Of a DNA stretch of 64,000 bases, positions 34,385-44,394 are shown one piece after another. Position 1 is the first letter of the stretch, and the number at the start of each line of letters is the position of its first letter. This DNA comes from a phage. Under the pieces are notes generated by a model. The model did no database searches. It was given only the letters and a program-made list of their open reading frames with translations, and was not told the DNA's origin. The DNA is taken from sequence record PX393110.1. One strand, 5' to 3'. The translations under genes were made by a program, and so were the position numbers.

Positions 34385-37150
34385 CTACTCTTCCATAAAC
34401 GTAGTTACGTTATTGGAAAGGTAGGCACCGATTTTAGTATTATATCTCTGGAACGTAGGTACATGAGTAACCAGGATGATGTGATTAACCGGAATGTCCT
34501 GGAGAGCATCGATAGCTATGTCCAGAGTATTCACATCCAGATTCTTCAACGACTCATCCAGAATCAGGCATCCAGCACCTTTACTAAGGCTAATCAGCTT
34601 ACCGATGAACAGTACGTCCACCAGGTTCTGCTGACCACCAGAGAGATCAGAATACGGAATCAGGAACTCACCGACTTTGTATTGAACATCAAAGTCAATC
34701 TTGATATTTCCATTAGCCTGTTCACGAACGGTAGAGATGACCATATCACCACCAGTCATCATCGCAGCCACTTCCTTAAAGATAGAAGCAGTTACGTCAC
34801 CGCTATTAGTGAACAGATTCTGATACTCCACCAGCTTCTGATACTTAGGCTGAAGAGTAGCCAGCTCAGAGTTAGCCTTATCCAGCTTCGTCTGAGCATC
34901 GTCCATACGAGACTTAAGACTACGAAGAGTAGCCATAGCTCCGATAGTGGAGTTAATCTCGATAAGCTCTTGTTCCAGCTTAGCGACTTCCTCTTCCAGA
35001 ACTTGCACGGAGGAATAGGACTTAGTCTTATTCTTAAGCACTTCCACATCGCTATTGACGGTATGAATCTTCTGGCGAAGAGTGGCCACATCGTTTAGCA
35101 GACCGGACTTACGACGGAGTTCGACTAATTCGTTATTCTTAAGAGCCAGCTTCTGTCGGATTTCATCAGACTTAGGAGCCTTACTTATCTCAGCTTCCAC
35201 AGCATCCAACTTAGACACAGATACAGATCCCTGTGTCTCGAGCTCATCCATCTTACTTCTGATAGAGCTCTGTACCTGCTTAATGTCCTCTTCCTTAAGA
35301 GACTGTTTACAGGTAGGACAGGTAGTGGGAATATTCCGCATTTCTGTCTCTAACTTAGTCAACTCCTGTTCCAGACGAGTCAACTCCTTAGTTAGAGATT
35401 CGCTCTGGTTATGGAGCGAACGAATATTCCCTTCTACTTCCGACACTTCGGCATCTAGCAGAGTAATTTCGCCACGGACATTAGCGAGTGCGGAGTTAAC
35501 CTCTTCTTCGCTAAAGTCTATATTGAACGCAGCCAGCGAGTCTTCCAACATCTGAAGACTCTGTAGCTTACTATCCAAATTACCCAGCTCCCGGATCTTC
35601 TGACGAATATCATCAATCTGAGGAAGGATTCGGGATTTAGCCTCTTCCAGATCACTTACGTCCTTGAGTCTGGAGAAATCGTGATCCTCCATCGTCTTAA
35701 GGACTTCTTCCTGAGCAGTAACCTGAGTCTGGAGATTACCGATCTCTACCTTACAGTTCTTAGCCGAGGCCTTTGCGACAGCTTCGTACTGGTTAATTAC
35801 GGTAAGACCAAGCATCTTCGTTATCAGGTTGATACGCTCGTTGAATCCGAACTGGCTAAGGAACGGAGGACTGTTCTGGGAGCGGTACAGAAGATCGAAG
35901 TGTTCGAGGAATGGCAGCATCTCCCAGAGCTTAGCTTCACGCTCACGAATACTTCCGCCATCCATCTCATCGCCATCAATCCAGACTCGGAACGTCTGAC
36001 CACCAGCCCAATGGCGACTGATCAGGAATTCACGACCACCATACTCCAGCATCACTTCTACCAGAAGATGGTCCTGACCGAGTCTCACCACGTTACGAGG
36101 ACTGTCGCTACCAGTTAAGCAGTAGTTCAGAGCTCGTAACAGCGAGGATTTACCATTACCGGTTTCGCCGTAGAGATAAGTCAGACCTTTCTTAAAGTCC
36201 AGCTCCAACTTATCGATGCTACGGAAGTTCTCTACCTTAATGCTATTTAAGGTAAAGTTGAGGTCGAATACCGACTCGGAACGATCAACGTGGGTAGACA
36301 TCTCATCATGGATATCTTTAAGACCTTTAGCCCGAACGACTTTATCGATAACTTCTTCGACATCAATAGACTTAACCGAGATGCGTGAAGCATCCATCAT
36401 CTGAGCTCGTTCACGAACTACCAGATGTGGGTAATTGTCCAATCCGACAGGAACCTCATCTTCCCAGTACATCTTTAAGTACTTAAAGGAATCAGACTCT
36501 ACCGGAACCCGCTGCCAGGAAAGATCTTTGAGATCCAGCAGTACCAGACTGCCTTCCTGACTATCACCCATCCCATGAGGAATAGGCACGTTCACCGAGT
36601 GAGTATGACCGATGCTGATAGGACGGTGGATGTCACCCGCAAATCCCAGATCGTACTTAGTATCGTCGAACTCCTGACCGAACATCGAGGACAGGGTAAT
36701 ATGGCCGATTAGGACATCTACTTTATCCTGGATGAAGCTAAAGTCCTGAGTCGGACGCCAGTCGCTGAAGGCGACCTTACGGCCACCTAAGTTCAGGATC
36801 TTACCATCGACATACTCCGCCTTACCAGCCAGGATCGGCACCAGCGAGTTCTGATAGTGATCAGCATCTACCGATTTGGAGTTAATGTCGTGGTTACCCA
36901 GAATGTAGTAAATCTCGGAGAACTGCTCACCGAGGATGTCCATAAACTGGGAAGTAGCATGTGCAATCTTAGGCTCGTGCTGAGCCTTATGCACCAAGTC
37001 GCCAGCGATAGATAGGCAAGTAACTTTATGTTCCTTACCCATCTCCACCATACGATGAGCCAATCTGATAAACTGCTTTAGCCGAAACCCTTCCGAGTTA
37101 TGTTGCTGAAACTCATGAATATGAATATCAGCAGCAATTAACATTTTCAT
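34385..37150 (-). CDS. fused Mre11/SbcD-like nuclease + Rad50/SbcC-like ATPase
   Basis: N-terminal phosphoesterase motifs AADIHIHE, AGDLVH, GNHD, IGHITL, GDIH, GHTHS. Then Walker A GETGNGKSSLL, long coiled coil with a CPTC zinc hook, signature LSGGQQ, and Walker B LILDES. Confidence 0.85.
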   Translation of the reverse strand: MKMLIAADIHIHEFQQHNSEGFRLKQFIRLAHRMVEMGKEHKVTCLSIAGDLVHKAQHEPKIAHATSQFMDILGEQFSEIYYILGNHDINSKSVDADHYQNSLVPILAGKAEYVDGKILNLGGRKVAFSDWRPTQDFSFIQDKVDVLIGHITLSSMFGQEFDDTKYDLGFAGDIHRPISIGHTHSVNVPIPHGMGDSQEGSLVLLDLKDLSWQRVPVESDSFKYLKMYWEDEVPVGLDNYPHLVVRERAQMMDASRISVKSIDVEEVIDKVVRAKGLKDIHDEMSTHVDRSESVFDLNFTLNSIKVENFRSIDKLELDFKKGLTYLYGETGNGKSSLLRALNYCLTGSDSPRNVVRLGQDHLLVEVMLEYGGREFLISRHWAGGQTFRVWIDGDEMDGGSIREREAKLWEMLPFLEHFDLLYRSQNSPPFLSQFGFNERINLITKMLGLTVINQYEAVAKASAKNCKVEIGNLQTQVTAQEEVLKTMEDHDFSRLKDVSDLEEAKSRILPQIDDIRQKIRELGNLDSKLQSLQMLEDSLAAFNIDFSEEEVNSALANVRGEITLLDAEVSEVEGNIRSLHNQSESLTKELTRLEQELTKLETEMRNIPTTCPTCKQSLKEEDIKQVQSSIRSKMDELETQGSVSVSKLDAVEAEISKAPKSDEIRQKLALKNNELVELRRKSGLLNDVATLRQKIHTVNSDVEVLKNKTKSYSSVQVLEEEVAKLEQELIEINSTIGAMATLRSLKSRMDDAQTKLDKANSELATLQPKYQKLVEYQNLFTNSGDVTASIFKEVAAMMTGGDMVISTVREQANGNIKIDFDVQYKVGEFLIPYSDLSGGQQNLVDVLFIGKLISLSKGAGCLILDESLKNLDVNTLDIAIDALQDIPVNHIILVTHVPTFQRYNTKIGAYLSNNVTTFMEE

Positions 37151-38004
37151 GCCGACTCCAGTATCTTAGCCGTAACGCATCTGTTGTACTTACCCAGTAC
37201 ACCATGGAAATACGGAGGAAATCTGTGACCTGGACAGAACTCTTCCAGAGTCGGTAAGATACGCTGTTGCATCTGTACCTTAGACTCCTGCTCCTTAATG
37301 ATGTTGTGGACTTCGGTATCAGTCAGAATCCTGTCGAGTCGCATTAGCTCCATATTGGAACGAACACGGAACTCTACCGATTGGCTTAGCGAACCATCTT
37401 TGTAAGCGTTAATCGCTTCCTTAACAGTCTTCAAGCCAGTAGCCACTCCTGGAATGTTGTCGGAGCCGTCCCCGACGATGGCTTTGTAGATGAGGTAATC
37501 CTTATGATCATCCAGATCGTAGGTCTTCATCAACCAGGGAAGATCTACTAAACCATCATCCGGATTCAGGACACAAGTATTCTCATTAATGGATAAGTAC
37601 CAGTCTCGGTCTCGTGAGTGTAACATGACCGGACGACCAGAATGAGCATAGTAGTAGCCTAAATCATCGGCTTCCACACCAGACACCTGGATACATTTAA
37701 TACCCAGCGACGGGAAGATCTGCTCGTGAAGAACATTCATAGCAGCCCACAATGCTTCGAAACTCTCGTCGTACTCACGATTGGCCTTATACTCTGGATT
37801 CTTATCCTTAGGTCTGTATCGCCACTTACCCCGATCGTACAGCATGATTAGTTCGGAGCTATATCCGTCTTCCTTAATCAACTTCGCTACACTACCGATA
37901 GTAGAGGCGACTGTAGGACCTAAATCCTGAGACTTACCGGCTGCGAACCAGTTACGAAGCGTCAACCACTGACAATCGACTGGTATTAACGGTATATCAT
38001 TCAT
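37147..38004 (-). CDS. 5'-3' exonuclease / flap endonuclease (T4 RNase H / FEN family)
   Basis: GVEADDLGYYYA and the H3TH motif VGDGSDNIPGV. Confidence 0.8.
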   Translation of the reverse strand: MNDIPLIPVDCQWLTLRNWFAAGKSQDLGPTVASTIGSVAKLIKEDGYSSELIMLYDRGKWRYRPKDKNPEYKANREYDESFEALWAAMNVLHEQIFPSLGIKCIQVSGVEADDLGYYYAHSGRPVMLHSRDRDWYLSINENTCVLNPDDGLVDLPWLMKTYDLDDHKDYLIYKAIVGDGSDNIPGVATGLKTVKEAINAYKDGSLSQSVEFRVRSNMELMRLDRILTDTEVHNIIKEQESKVQMQQRILPTLEEFCPGHRFPPYFHGVLGKYNRCVTAKILESA

Positions 38005-38020
38005 AGTCTACCTAGAGCGT

Positions 38021-38049
38021 CAAAAATAAAGGGACCGAAGTCCCTTTAT
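38021..38049 (-). terminator. intrinsic terminator (UUCG tetraloop)
   Basis: AUAAAGGGAC-UUCG-GUCCCUUUAU followed by UUUUUG, after the SSB-like gene. Confidence 0.7.
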
Positions 38050-38060
38050 TAGTTAATTAA

Positions 38061-39095
38061 TTATTTACGGAATTTGGCGAAGCGAGAGGCAGCACCACCT
38101 TCTTCTTTGTCTTCGTCAGACTTATCGTCGCCGGCATCTTCAGTTTTATCTTCAGATTTGGCGTCAGATTTGTCGTCAGCAGCGTCTTCTTTAGACTCGC
38201 CTTTATCTTCAGACTTATCTTCGGCAGAGCTCGCGTCGGACTTAACATCAGACTTAGCGTCAGATTTGTCGTCGGCTTTCTGATCACCGGACTCTTCCTT
38301 AGATTCTTCGGCCTTAGCCTCTTCTTCAGCTTTAAGCTCTTCGAAGCCATCTTCGCCAACCAGCGGCAGACCTTTAGCCTTACGCTGGGAACGAATTTCG
38401 TCCAGATCTTTACGGACACGCTTGACCAGACCTACGTATTTGTCTTTGTCGAAGCCTTCACGGATGTACGCCTGAGCCAGCGGCTGGTAGGTCTGATCTG
38501 CAACTACCGGATCAGCTTTGCTGAACAGCGGAGTGAAGGTTACAGAACCCTGATTACCACGTACTACGGTAATCTTAACCGGAGAGCCTTTGATGTCTTT
38601 ATCCAGCATACCTTCCAGAACTTCCGGAGAGTCTTCCGCCAGCGCCGTAATGAAGTCGGTCAGTGCGTTAGCCACCTTACCGTTACCGATCACCGCATAC
38701 AGAGTATTCGGCTTCCAGTTATCAGACGGAGTGTCGGTTTTCTGCAGGAAGAAGTAGAACAGGATGTTGTACTTCAGACCGTATTTCCAGTGATTGTATT
38801 CGTTCAGCTCGTCGAGCATGTCATCCAGCTCGGCATAGTTGAAGTTTTCCGGCAGATCTTCACAGTCGGACGGAGTCTGAATACCATAGCTGAAGTAACC
38901 GTGAGTACGGACTTCACGATACAGGTTACCGACGGGGTCAGTTATGATACGACCCTGATGGCTACCTTCCGGAAGGAAAGTCGCGTTAGGGAAGTTACCG
39001 GTACCACCGGATTTCTCTTTACGCTCTTTCATTTTACCTGCGAGGGCTTTGATACCAGCTACGTCTAACTTCTTAACTTGAACTTGTTCAGTCAT
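38061..39095 (-). CDS. probable single-stranded DNA-binding protein with acidic low-complexity tail
   Basis: Strongly optimised codons. Sits in the replication/recombination block. The C-terminal ~90 aa is D/E/K/S-rich (KSDAKSDVKSD...), like the acidic tails of phage SSBs. No sequence identity established. Confidence 0.5.
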   Translation of the reverse strand: MTEQVQVKKLDVAGIKALAGKMKERKEKSGGTGNFPNATFLPEGSHQGRIITDPVGNLYREVRTHGYFSYGIQTPSDCEDLPENFNYAELDDMLDELNEYNHWKYGLKYNILFYFFLQKTDTPSDNWKPNTLYAVIGNGKVANALTDFITALAEDSPEVLEGMLDKDIKGSPVKITVVRGNQGSVTFTPLFSKADPVVADQTYQPLAQAYIREGFDKDKYVGLVKRVRKDLDEIRSQRKAKGLPLVGEDGFEELKAEEEAKAEESKEESGDQKADDKSDAKSDVKSDASSAEDKSEDKGESKEDAADDKSDAKSEDKTEDAGDDKSDEDKEEGGAASRFAKFRK

Positions 39096-39156
39096 CTTTG
39101 TGATCTCTATTTAAACAATGTTTTAACAATCTTAATCAGAGTTGCCCTCTGACACC

Positions 39157-39187
39157 TTAACAGCCTTTCGACCCTCCAAAAGAGCGG
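39157..39187 (-). promoter_or_regulatory. class-1 motif copy 10
   Basis: CCGCTCTTTTGGAGGGTCGAAAGGCTGTTAA, 61 nt before the SSB-like ATG 39095. Confidence 0.6.
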
Positions 39188-39191
39188 CGGA

Positions 39192-40232
39192 CTACACCTT
39201 ACGCAGTCGGTCTATCATTTTAGCCCGATGCTGCTCTTCTGTATTGATGATCGAGTACATACGAACCAATACTGACGGATCATTATCTACTCGGTTGGCT
39301 AACTTATCCAGAGCACCTAAGTAGATACTGGTCTCTTCCTTGATTACCTTACGAACTGAGTCAGCAAAGGTAAATCCAATACTGTCTGGGTTGAACGTAA
39401 TACCGTCCAGCATCACAGCCAGCATCACATTGTCCTGGAAGATGTCCGATTTAATAGAATCCAGTACACTATTCTTGCGGACTGTTTCCAATATCGAGAC
39501 GACCTTAGACACCTTCGGGAACCCTTTCCGGCCATTCAGTAGTTCCAGGAAGGTAAAGAATTTGCCTATGTCTTTGATAGATGTAAGCAGCAGGAATAGT
39601 TCAGGATGGTGCTCTGCCAGAATCGACAGGAACATCATCTTCTCTGTATTCGTCTTAGGAATCAGATCCTGTATCGCTTTAATATCTACGTCGGTCACGA
39701 TTGCTCCCATATGTTCGAGTATACGAGTCACGATGATCCTGTCTGTCAGATCAAGATGCTCGACCATAACCACTCCCCAGTCTAAATATAGCTGGATGAT
39801 AGGTTTGAATCGGTTAGGGAGGAACTGATTCCAAAGATTAACATAGCGATGGACAGCCACTTCCTGTCTAACGCTGTAACTATTGCCTAACTCCAGAGCC
39901 TTGTAAAAATCTGAGTTCTCGGCTAATTCGGGTTCTAGCATGTCGATCGATACTTGCTTTACTTCTTTCTTAATTATCGACTCGAGATGATCCCGTGTAA
40001 CTTCTTCTGTGGTAGTGAGCAGCATGTAGGTTAAGCTGGTCACTGCAGAAGATAATGCCTCTTCGGTCTGTCCTCTGAATTTATAATAGGTACACACCCG
40101 TCGGACTATGGCTAGTGATAAGGTGAATAGGGTACGAGAATCCCTCTTCACAGAATTGATCTCCCTATTCACCAATTCAACTAGCTTTTCGACGGTAGCG
40201 TTCTCGAGGATCTCTACCATCTCTTTTATCAT
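39192..40232 (-). CDS. hypothetical protein (346 aa)
   Basis: ORF track. ATGA overlap upstream. AT-rich. No motif recognised. Confidence 0.55.
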   Translation of the reverse strand: MIKEMVEILENATVEKLVELVNREINSVKRDSRTLFTLSLAIVRRVCTYYKFRGQTEEALSSAVTSLTYMLLTTTEEVTRDHLESIIKKEVKQVSIDMLEPELAENSDFYKALELGNSYSVRQEVAVHRYVNLWNQFLPNRFKPIIQLYLDWGVVMVEHLDLTDRIIVTRILEHMGAIVTDVDIKAIQDLIPKTNTEKMMFLSILAEHHPELFLLLTSIKDIGKFFTFLELLNGRKGFPKVSKVVSILETVRKNSVLDSIKSDIFQDNVMLAVMLDGITFNPDSIGFTFADSVRKVIKEETSIYLGALDKLANRVDNDPSVLVRMYSIINTEEQHRAKMIDRLRKV

Positions 40233-40456
40233 TTAAATATCTTCCTCAGACCAGCATCCGGATCACCCTCATCCACGAAATCCTGCTTAATGCTAACTGC
40301 ATCGTTGATAGATATTTTGAACTCCTCGTCGGAAACACGAGTAATAGTTCCGTATTTACTCTCTATGGAGTTGCCTGGACTTATGGAACTCAGCACCATA
40401 AATACCATGGCTTCGTTGGGTAGGGTACCTACGATATCGGACAGCTTTACACTCAT
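40229..40456 (-). CDS. hypothetical protein
   Basis: ORF track. GGGGT RBS. Confidence 0.5.
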   Translation of the reverse strand: MSVKLSDIVGTLPNEAMVFMVLSSISPGNSIESKYGTITRVSDEEFKISINDAVSIKQDFVDEGDPDAGLRKIFK

Positions 40457-40459
40457 ACA

Positions 40460-40909
40460 TTACCCCATACTTGATAAAGAGATAGACTTTTCGTCTAGTT
40501 CGCATACCTCCGTGATTAAAATCAGGTATTCGTAATTATCTTTATCATTGATTAGTTTATCCATATTCAAGGTGATCGTGAATCGATCATCTATGCTAAT
40601 AGCTTCCTTGACCGCATCTTCCACTGCTTTAATCAGGTTAGATACATCGCGAGTCCAGAATGATTGGCTGAACGAGAATATCATGCGGATATTCAACATC
40701 ACGGACTTACCTTTATATGGCAGAAATGCTTCTCTAGCTCCCTGCATATCTAAGGAGGATTTCACCCACTCCTTAAAGTCCTTGATGCTAGGGTCGAGAT
40801 AGACCCACGATCTTCCTCCACGAGCCCTCCCGACTTTATACATTTCGTTCACGGAGGGGAAATTCCCTCCGTATTGCAGAATGTAGTTATGAGTTCCTAA
40901 TACTTCCAT
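40460..40909 (-). CDS. RusA-like Holliday-junction resolvase
   Basis: RDVSNLIKAVEDAVKEAISIDDRF matches the RusA D-x-D-N-x-x-K...D...DD pattern. Size fits (149 aa). Confidence 0.5.
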   Translation of the reverse strand: MEVLGTHNYILQYGGNFPSVNEMYKVGRARGGRSWVYLDPSIKDFKEWVKSSLDMQGAREAFLPYKGKSVMLNIRMIFSFSQSFWTRDVSNLIKAVEDAVKEAISIDDRFTITLNMDKLINDKDNYEYLILITEVCELDEKSISLSSMG

Positions 40910-42168
40910 TAGTTCCTCCGACCACCTCTGCCACCATAAGTCTGTAGGCGAGAATACACATCACGAGTAATCTGTTCGATTTCACCATGAGCTCTCATGA
41001 TCCAAGGTGAGCTAATTCCGTCCTTACCACGACGGCACTTAGCCACTTTAAGAATACCGCAGTGCTTCTCACTACGAGGACTCAGACCGACCGTAACCAT
41101 CATATCTACGTTCTGCTGCTTACGAGCAGATTCACCAGCAGAATCGATATTCAGTTCTTCCTCTCCCCAGTATTGAATCTTAGGCTGAGAGGCAACGAAC
41201 ACCAGGCGAGCAGGTTCGTAGATAGGTTTAGCTATGGAAGTCAGGATGTCATAGATATGACCACCATCGTCATACATACTTCCTGTTTCCGGACGCTTAA
41301 GGTTGGAGTCATAGTCCACTACCAGACAGTCGTAGCGCTTCTTACCTCGACAACTATCCAGGTATTCTTCCAGATCTTCAGCACCGAGACTACGAGAAGG
41401 CACTGTAATCAGGTCGATATAGTTCAGGATCTCACGAACGTCGTCGGTAAGGTGTTTATTCAGTTCGGCGACAACCTTAGCATAAGGAGTACCGGTGATC
41501 ACCGCCGTAGCACGAGATAAGAAGTCGTAGCGAGTTAAGTCGCCAAGAGCTACCCATAAAGTGCGACGACCCTGTGTAGCGAATCCGAGGACTTCCTGTA
41601 GCATGATAGCAGATTTACCACCACCAGGACGACCTACGAACTGAATTACCTGACCAGGAATATAGCCATTAAATACCGAGGCTTCAGTAACCACATCCAG
41701 AGTAGACTGGAATACGCCATCTAAGCCACCGATGTCATGTTCCATTACAGTATCTACATCCAGACCACCCAGAGTATGTACCGGAATAGTCGAAGTCAGA
41801 CTACGTGGAATATCACGAATCAGATCAATCAACATACCGGTATCTTCGGAGTTAGCTTTCATGATCTCTGTCAGTTTACGCTCCTGATAGAATCGGAAGA
41901 AGTTATTCACAATCTTCTCAATTTCTTTAGGATCGTTAACCAGACGGAAATTCTCGGCCAACTCAACAAAGTTAGATATGTCCTCTGCAGGACATACCTC
42001 ACCAAGTATCGAGTGAATTACAGCTGGGGTGGCATCCTGTAACTTAATACCGGACTCCACGAGGGTTCTTGCAATCTCAGTAGACCAGGGAAGATCATTA
42101 ATCGTGAGTCCCATAGACTCTTTGATCTTAGGGTTAAACAAACTTGCTACGTGTGTGATCTCTGACAT
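40909..42168 (-). CDS. DnaB-family (RecA-fold) replicative helicase
   Basis: Walker A FVGRPGGGKSAIMLQ and Walker B CLVVDYDS. TAATG coupling to the next gene. Confidence 0.65.
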   Translation of the reverse strand: MSEITHVASLFNPKIKESMGLTINDLPWSTEIARTLVESGIKLQDATPAVIHSILGEVCPAEDISNFVELAENFRLVNDPKEIEKIVNNFFRFYQERKLTEIMKANSEDTGMLIDLIRDIPRSLTSTIPVHTLGGLDVDTVMEHDIGGLDGVFQSTLDVVTEASVFNGYIPGQVIQFVGRPGGGKSAIMLQEVLGFATQGRRTLWVALGDLTRYDFLSRATAVITGTPYAKVVAELNKHLTDDVREILNYIDLITVPSRSLGAEDLEEYLDSCRGKKRYDCLVVDYDSNLKRPETGSMYDDGGHIYDILTSIAKPIYEPARLVFVASQPKIQYWGEEELNIDSAGESARKQQNVDMMVTVGLSPRSEKHCGILKVAKCRRGKDGISSPWIMRAHGEIEQITRDVYSRLQTYGGRGGRRN

Positions 42169-42177
42169 TTCTATGTC

Positions 42178-43818
42178 CTATTTGCGAAATGATACCTTAG
42201 TGTGACTGATTACTTTCAGTCTACTTTTAATAGTTTCCATCTTGGACTTCATCTGCTTATTCAGCATATAATTATGCTTATCGAAGAAGAGTCCTACCTT
42301 AACCGCATCACCACGAGCCGAACGACCGATAGTCTGGATTACGCTCTTGTATGACTTGCCAGTTAAGGGTATAATAGAATCTAAGTTAGGGATGTCGATC
42401 CCTTCGGTACCAACGGAAGTAGTGATCAGCACTTTGAATGCTAAATCCTCAGCCAGTTCCTTGAGCTCGTCAAGTCCTAACCCTTCCGCTTCGCCTACAG
42501 GTGTCCAAACTACCGAACTCGAGAAGAATACAGTATCGATACCGATAGCATTCAGATTTCTAGCCATCTGAACACCATCTTCGACCTGAACCATCGGGAT
42601 ATAGGTTATACCTTTACCACCGAATACTTCATTATAAGTTCGTTTAATAGCCTCAGCAGTCATCATGCTACCCATATGCAGGTACAAACTACCTAACATA
42701 TACTCGGGTCGCTCTTTCTGATACTTGGCAATAACAGATCTGTCTTCTGACATCTCAACTAATATTTCGGTTAACTCTACCGGAACAGGTAGGTCATGCT
42801 CGATAATAGATGGTCCACAGTATGCTAATACCGCCATCCCCTTACTCGAAGCACCAAACTTAAATCCCTCGACGAGTAAACTGACGCCCTCCAGAGAATC
42901 CCCAGTGGCCGTAGTTCCCCAGATATACTCGGGATCGATAAGTTCTGTAAGTCTCTGCCAACCAGATGCAGAGAAGTGGTGAGCCTCGTCGGCTATAATA
43001 CAGTTAACCTGATTAAAGAACTCGGAGTACTCACCTTTCTTGTACTTATTGGTTCTCTGGAGTCCCGCCGGATTAATAACGTTAATCGGACTATTTACAT
43101 CCAGATCCCACGGAATAGTTACCCCGTACTTAGCAGCACGTAGAATAATCTCTTCCTTAACTCGGTTAGCGAAAGTATAGATCAACACTTTCTCTGTCAG
43201 ACCCGCTTCCAGTACAGACTCAGCAGTACCGATCAGCAGTTCTGTTTTACCAGCACCCGTATATAACCCGATGATCCCGAACTTAGAGTGACAGATAGCA
43301 TCTGCCGCACTCATCTGAATCTTACCCTTTTCAGGCTTAGGGTGATTTTCGAATACATCCAGCCATTTACGACTGAACTCGAATGCTGGCTCTTCCAGAC
43401 TATTATCGAACTGGGTAGGATCATCAGACGTAGCTATCGCAGTAGCACCAGGAATTACCTGAGCTCCTGAGTTGATCAGCTGATATAACATCTGACCTAC
43501 ACCGAGCTGGCAATTAACTTCACCAGCAAATAGACTCGTATATTTAATCTCTTTACGAGTCGGGAACATCCGTTTCATTCTCCAGTTATATTCCATCACA
43601 TCTTCGATGGCTGTGGAGAACATATGAATCTGTTTCAGTGCTTCCTGATCGTCAGCTGTGATCTTGCACAACATCCGAGACTCACGAGTAAAGTGTATAG
43701 TATACTCTTTACCAGCCGACTCGTTCTGAATCTTGGCTAATTCCATACGAATGGCTTTAGACACATCCGGATTTACCTTAGCCTTCTTCCCTACAAGATC
43801 CTCTAGCTTTACAGACAT
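42178..43818 (-). CDS. SF2 DNA helicase (UvsW/RecG-like)
   Basis: Motif I GLYTGAGKTEL, motif II IIADEAHHF, motif VI QTIGRSARG. Confidence 0.7.
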   Translation of the reverse strand: MSVKLEDLVGKKAKVNPDVSKAIRMELAKIQNESAGKEYTIHFTRESRMLCKITADDQEALKQIHMFSTAIEDVMEYNWRMKRMFPTRKEIKYTSLFAGEVNCQLGVGQMLYQLINSGAQVIPGATAIATSDDPTQFDNSLEEPAFEFSRKWLDVFENHPKPEKGKIQMSAADAICHSKFGIIGLYTGAGKTELLIGTAESVLEAGLTEKVLIYTFANRVKEEIILRAAKYGVTIPWDLDVNSPINVINPAGLQRTNKYKKGEYSEFFNQVNCIIADEAHHFSASGWQRLTELIDPEYIWGTTATGDSLEGVSLLVEGFKFGASSKGMAVLAYCGPSIIEHDLPVPVELTEILVEMSEDRSVIAKYQKERPEYMLGSLYLHMGSMMTAEAIKRTYNEVFGGKGITYIPMVQVEDGVQMARNLNAIGIDTVFFSSSVVWTPVGEAEGLGLDELKELAEDLAFKVLITTSVGTEGIDIPNLDSIIPLTGKSYKSVIQTIGRSARGDAVKVGLFFDKHNYMLNKQMKSKMETIKSRLKVISHTKVSFRK

Positions 43819-43820
43819 AA

Positions 43821-44339
43821 TTACTCCTCTTTACTCTGGTAAAGTAACTGGACATCTGCCGCATTCTCGACATATTCCTGAGCTATACGAATAGCCCTAA
43901 CGACCATAGCCTTCTCTCCCCAGCTTAAGAACTCAGGAGTAGCGGCCATCTTAACGATCAACTCACGAGACAGATCTTCGATACACTTAATCTTGTTCGA
44001 GACCTTAGGAAACGCGAGTCTGTTATTGATGGTGATACGATCAGCAGGAATCTGGGTGAAGGTCTCGCCGAACAGTCTATCGAAATCTCCGATGTCGAGT
44101 TCAGTGAAGTAACCCTTACCTTCTTCCGTATCAAATATCCCATGAACTACTACGTTCTGTCGGATAGACACATTTAGTAAGTACTTAGAGTTCAGTAAGA
44201 TAACGTAGATACTCGAATAGCTTCGGAGATCACGTTTCCATGCTGATAACGACTCAGTAGGTGAGCCTTTGTATTCTACTCCCGAATTAAGAAGCATCTT
44301 AGCAAATGGGTCTAGGCTGTTAATTACTACAGTACTCAT
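43821..44339 (-). CDS. hypothetical protein
   Basis: ORF track 43821..44360. The ATG at 44339 has an AAGGAG RBS, 24 nt after a class-1 motif. Confidence 0.5.
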   Translation of the reverse strand: MSTVVINSLDPFAKMLLNSGVEYKGSPTESLSAWKRDLRSYSSIYVILLNSKYLLNVSIRQNVVVHGIFDTEEGKGYFTELDIGDFDRLFGETFTQIPADRITINNRLAFPKVSNKIKCIEDLSRELIVKMAATPEFLSWGEKAMVVRAIRIAQEYVENAADVQLLYQSKEE

Positions 44340-44363
44340 TGTATTCTCCTTGGGTGCCACAGT

Positions 44364-44394
44364 TTAACAGCCTTTCGACGCTAATTAAAGGTGG
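44364..44394 (-). promoter_or_regulatory. class-1 motif copy 11 (variant)
   Basis: CCACCTTTAATTAGCGTCGAAAGGCTGTTAA, 24 nt before ATG 44339. The upstream stop lies inside the motif. Confidence 0.5.

Noticed and set aside
34463-36118. Plus-strand ORFs (211, 157 and 145 aa) within the Mre11/Rad50 fusion gene
   Set aside because: They are antisense to the coiled-coil region, which is repetitive and stop-poor on both strands. There is no translational signal.
38057-38419. 120-aa alternate-frame minus-strand ORF and a 69-aa plus ORF in the SSB tail region
   Set aside because: They are products of the low-complexity repeat DNA. The main frame continues the SSB-like protein without a break.
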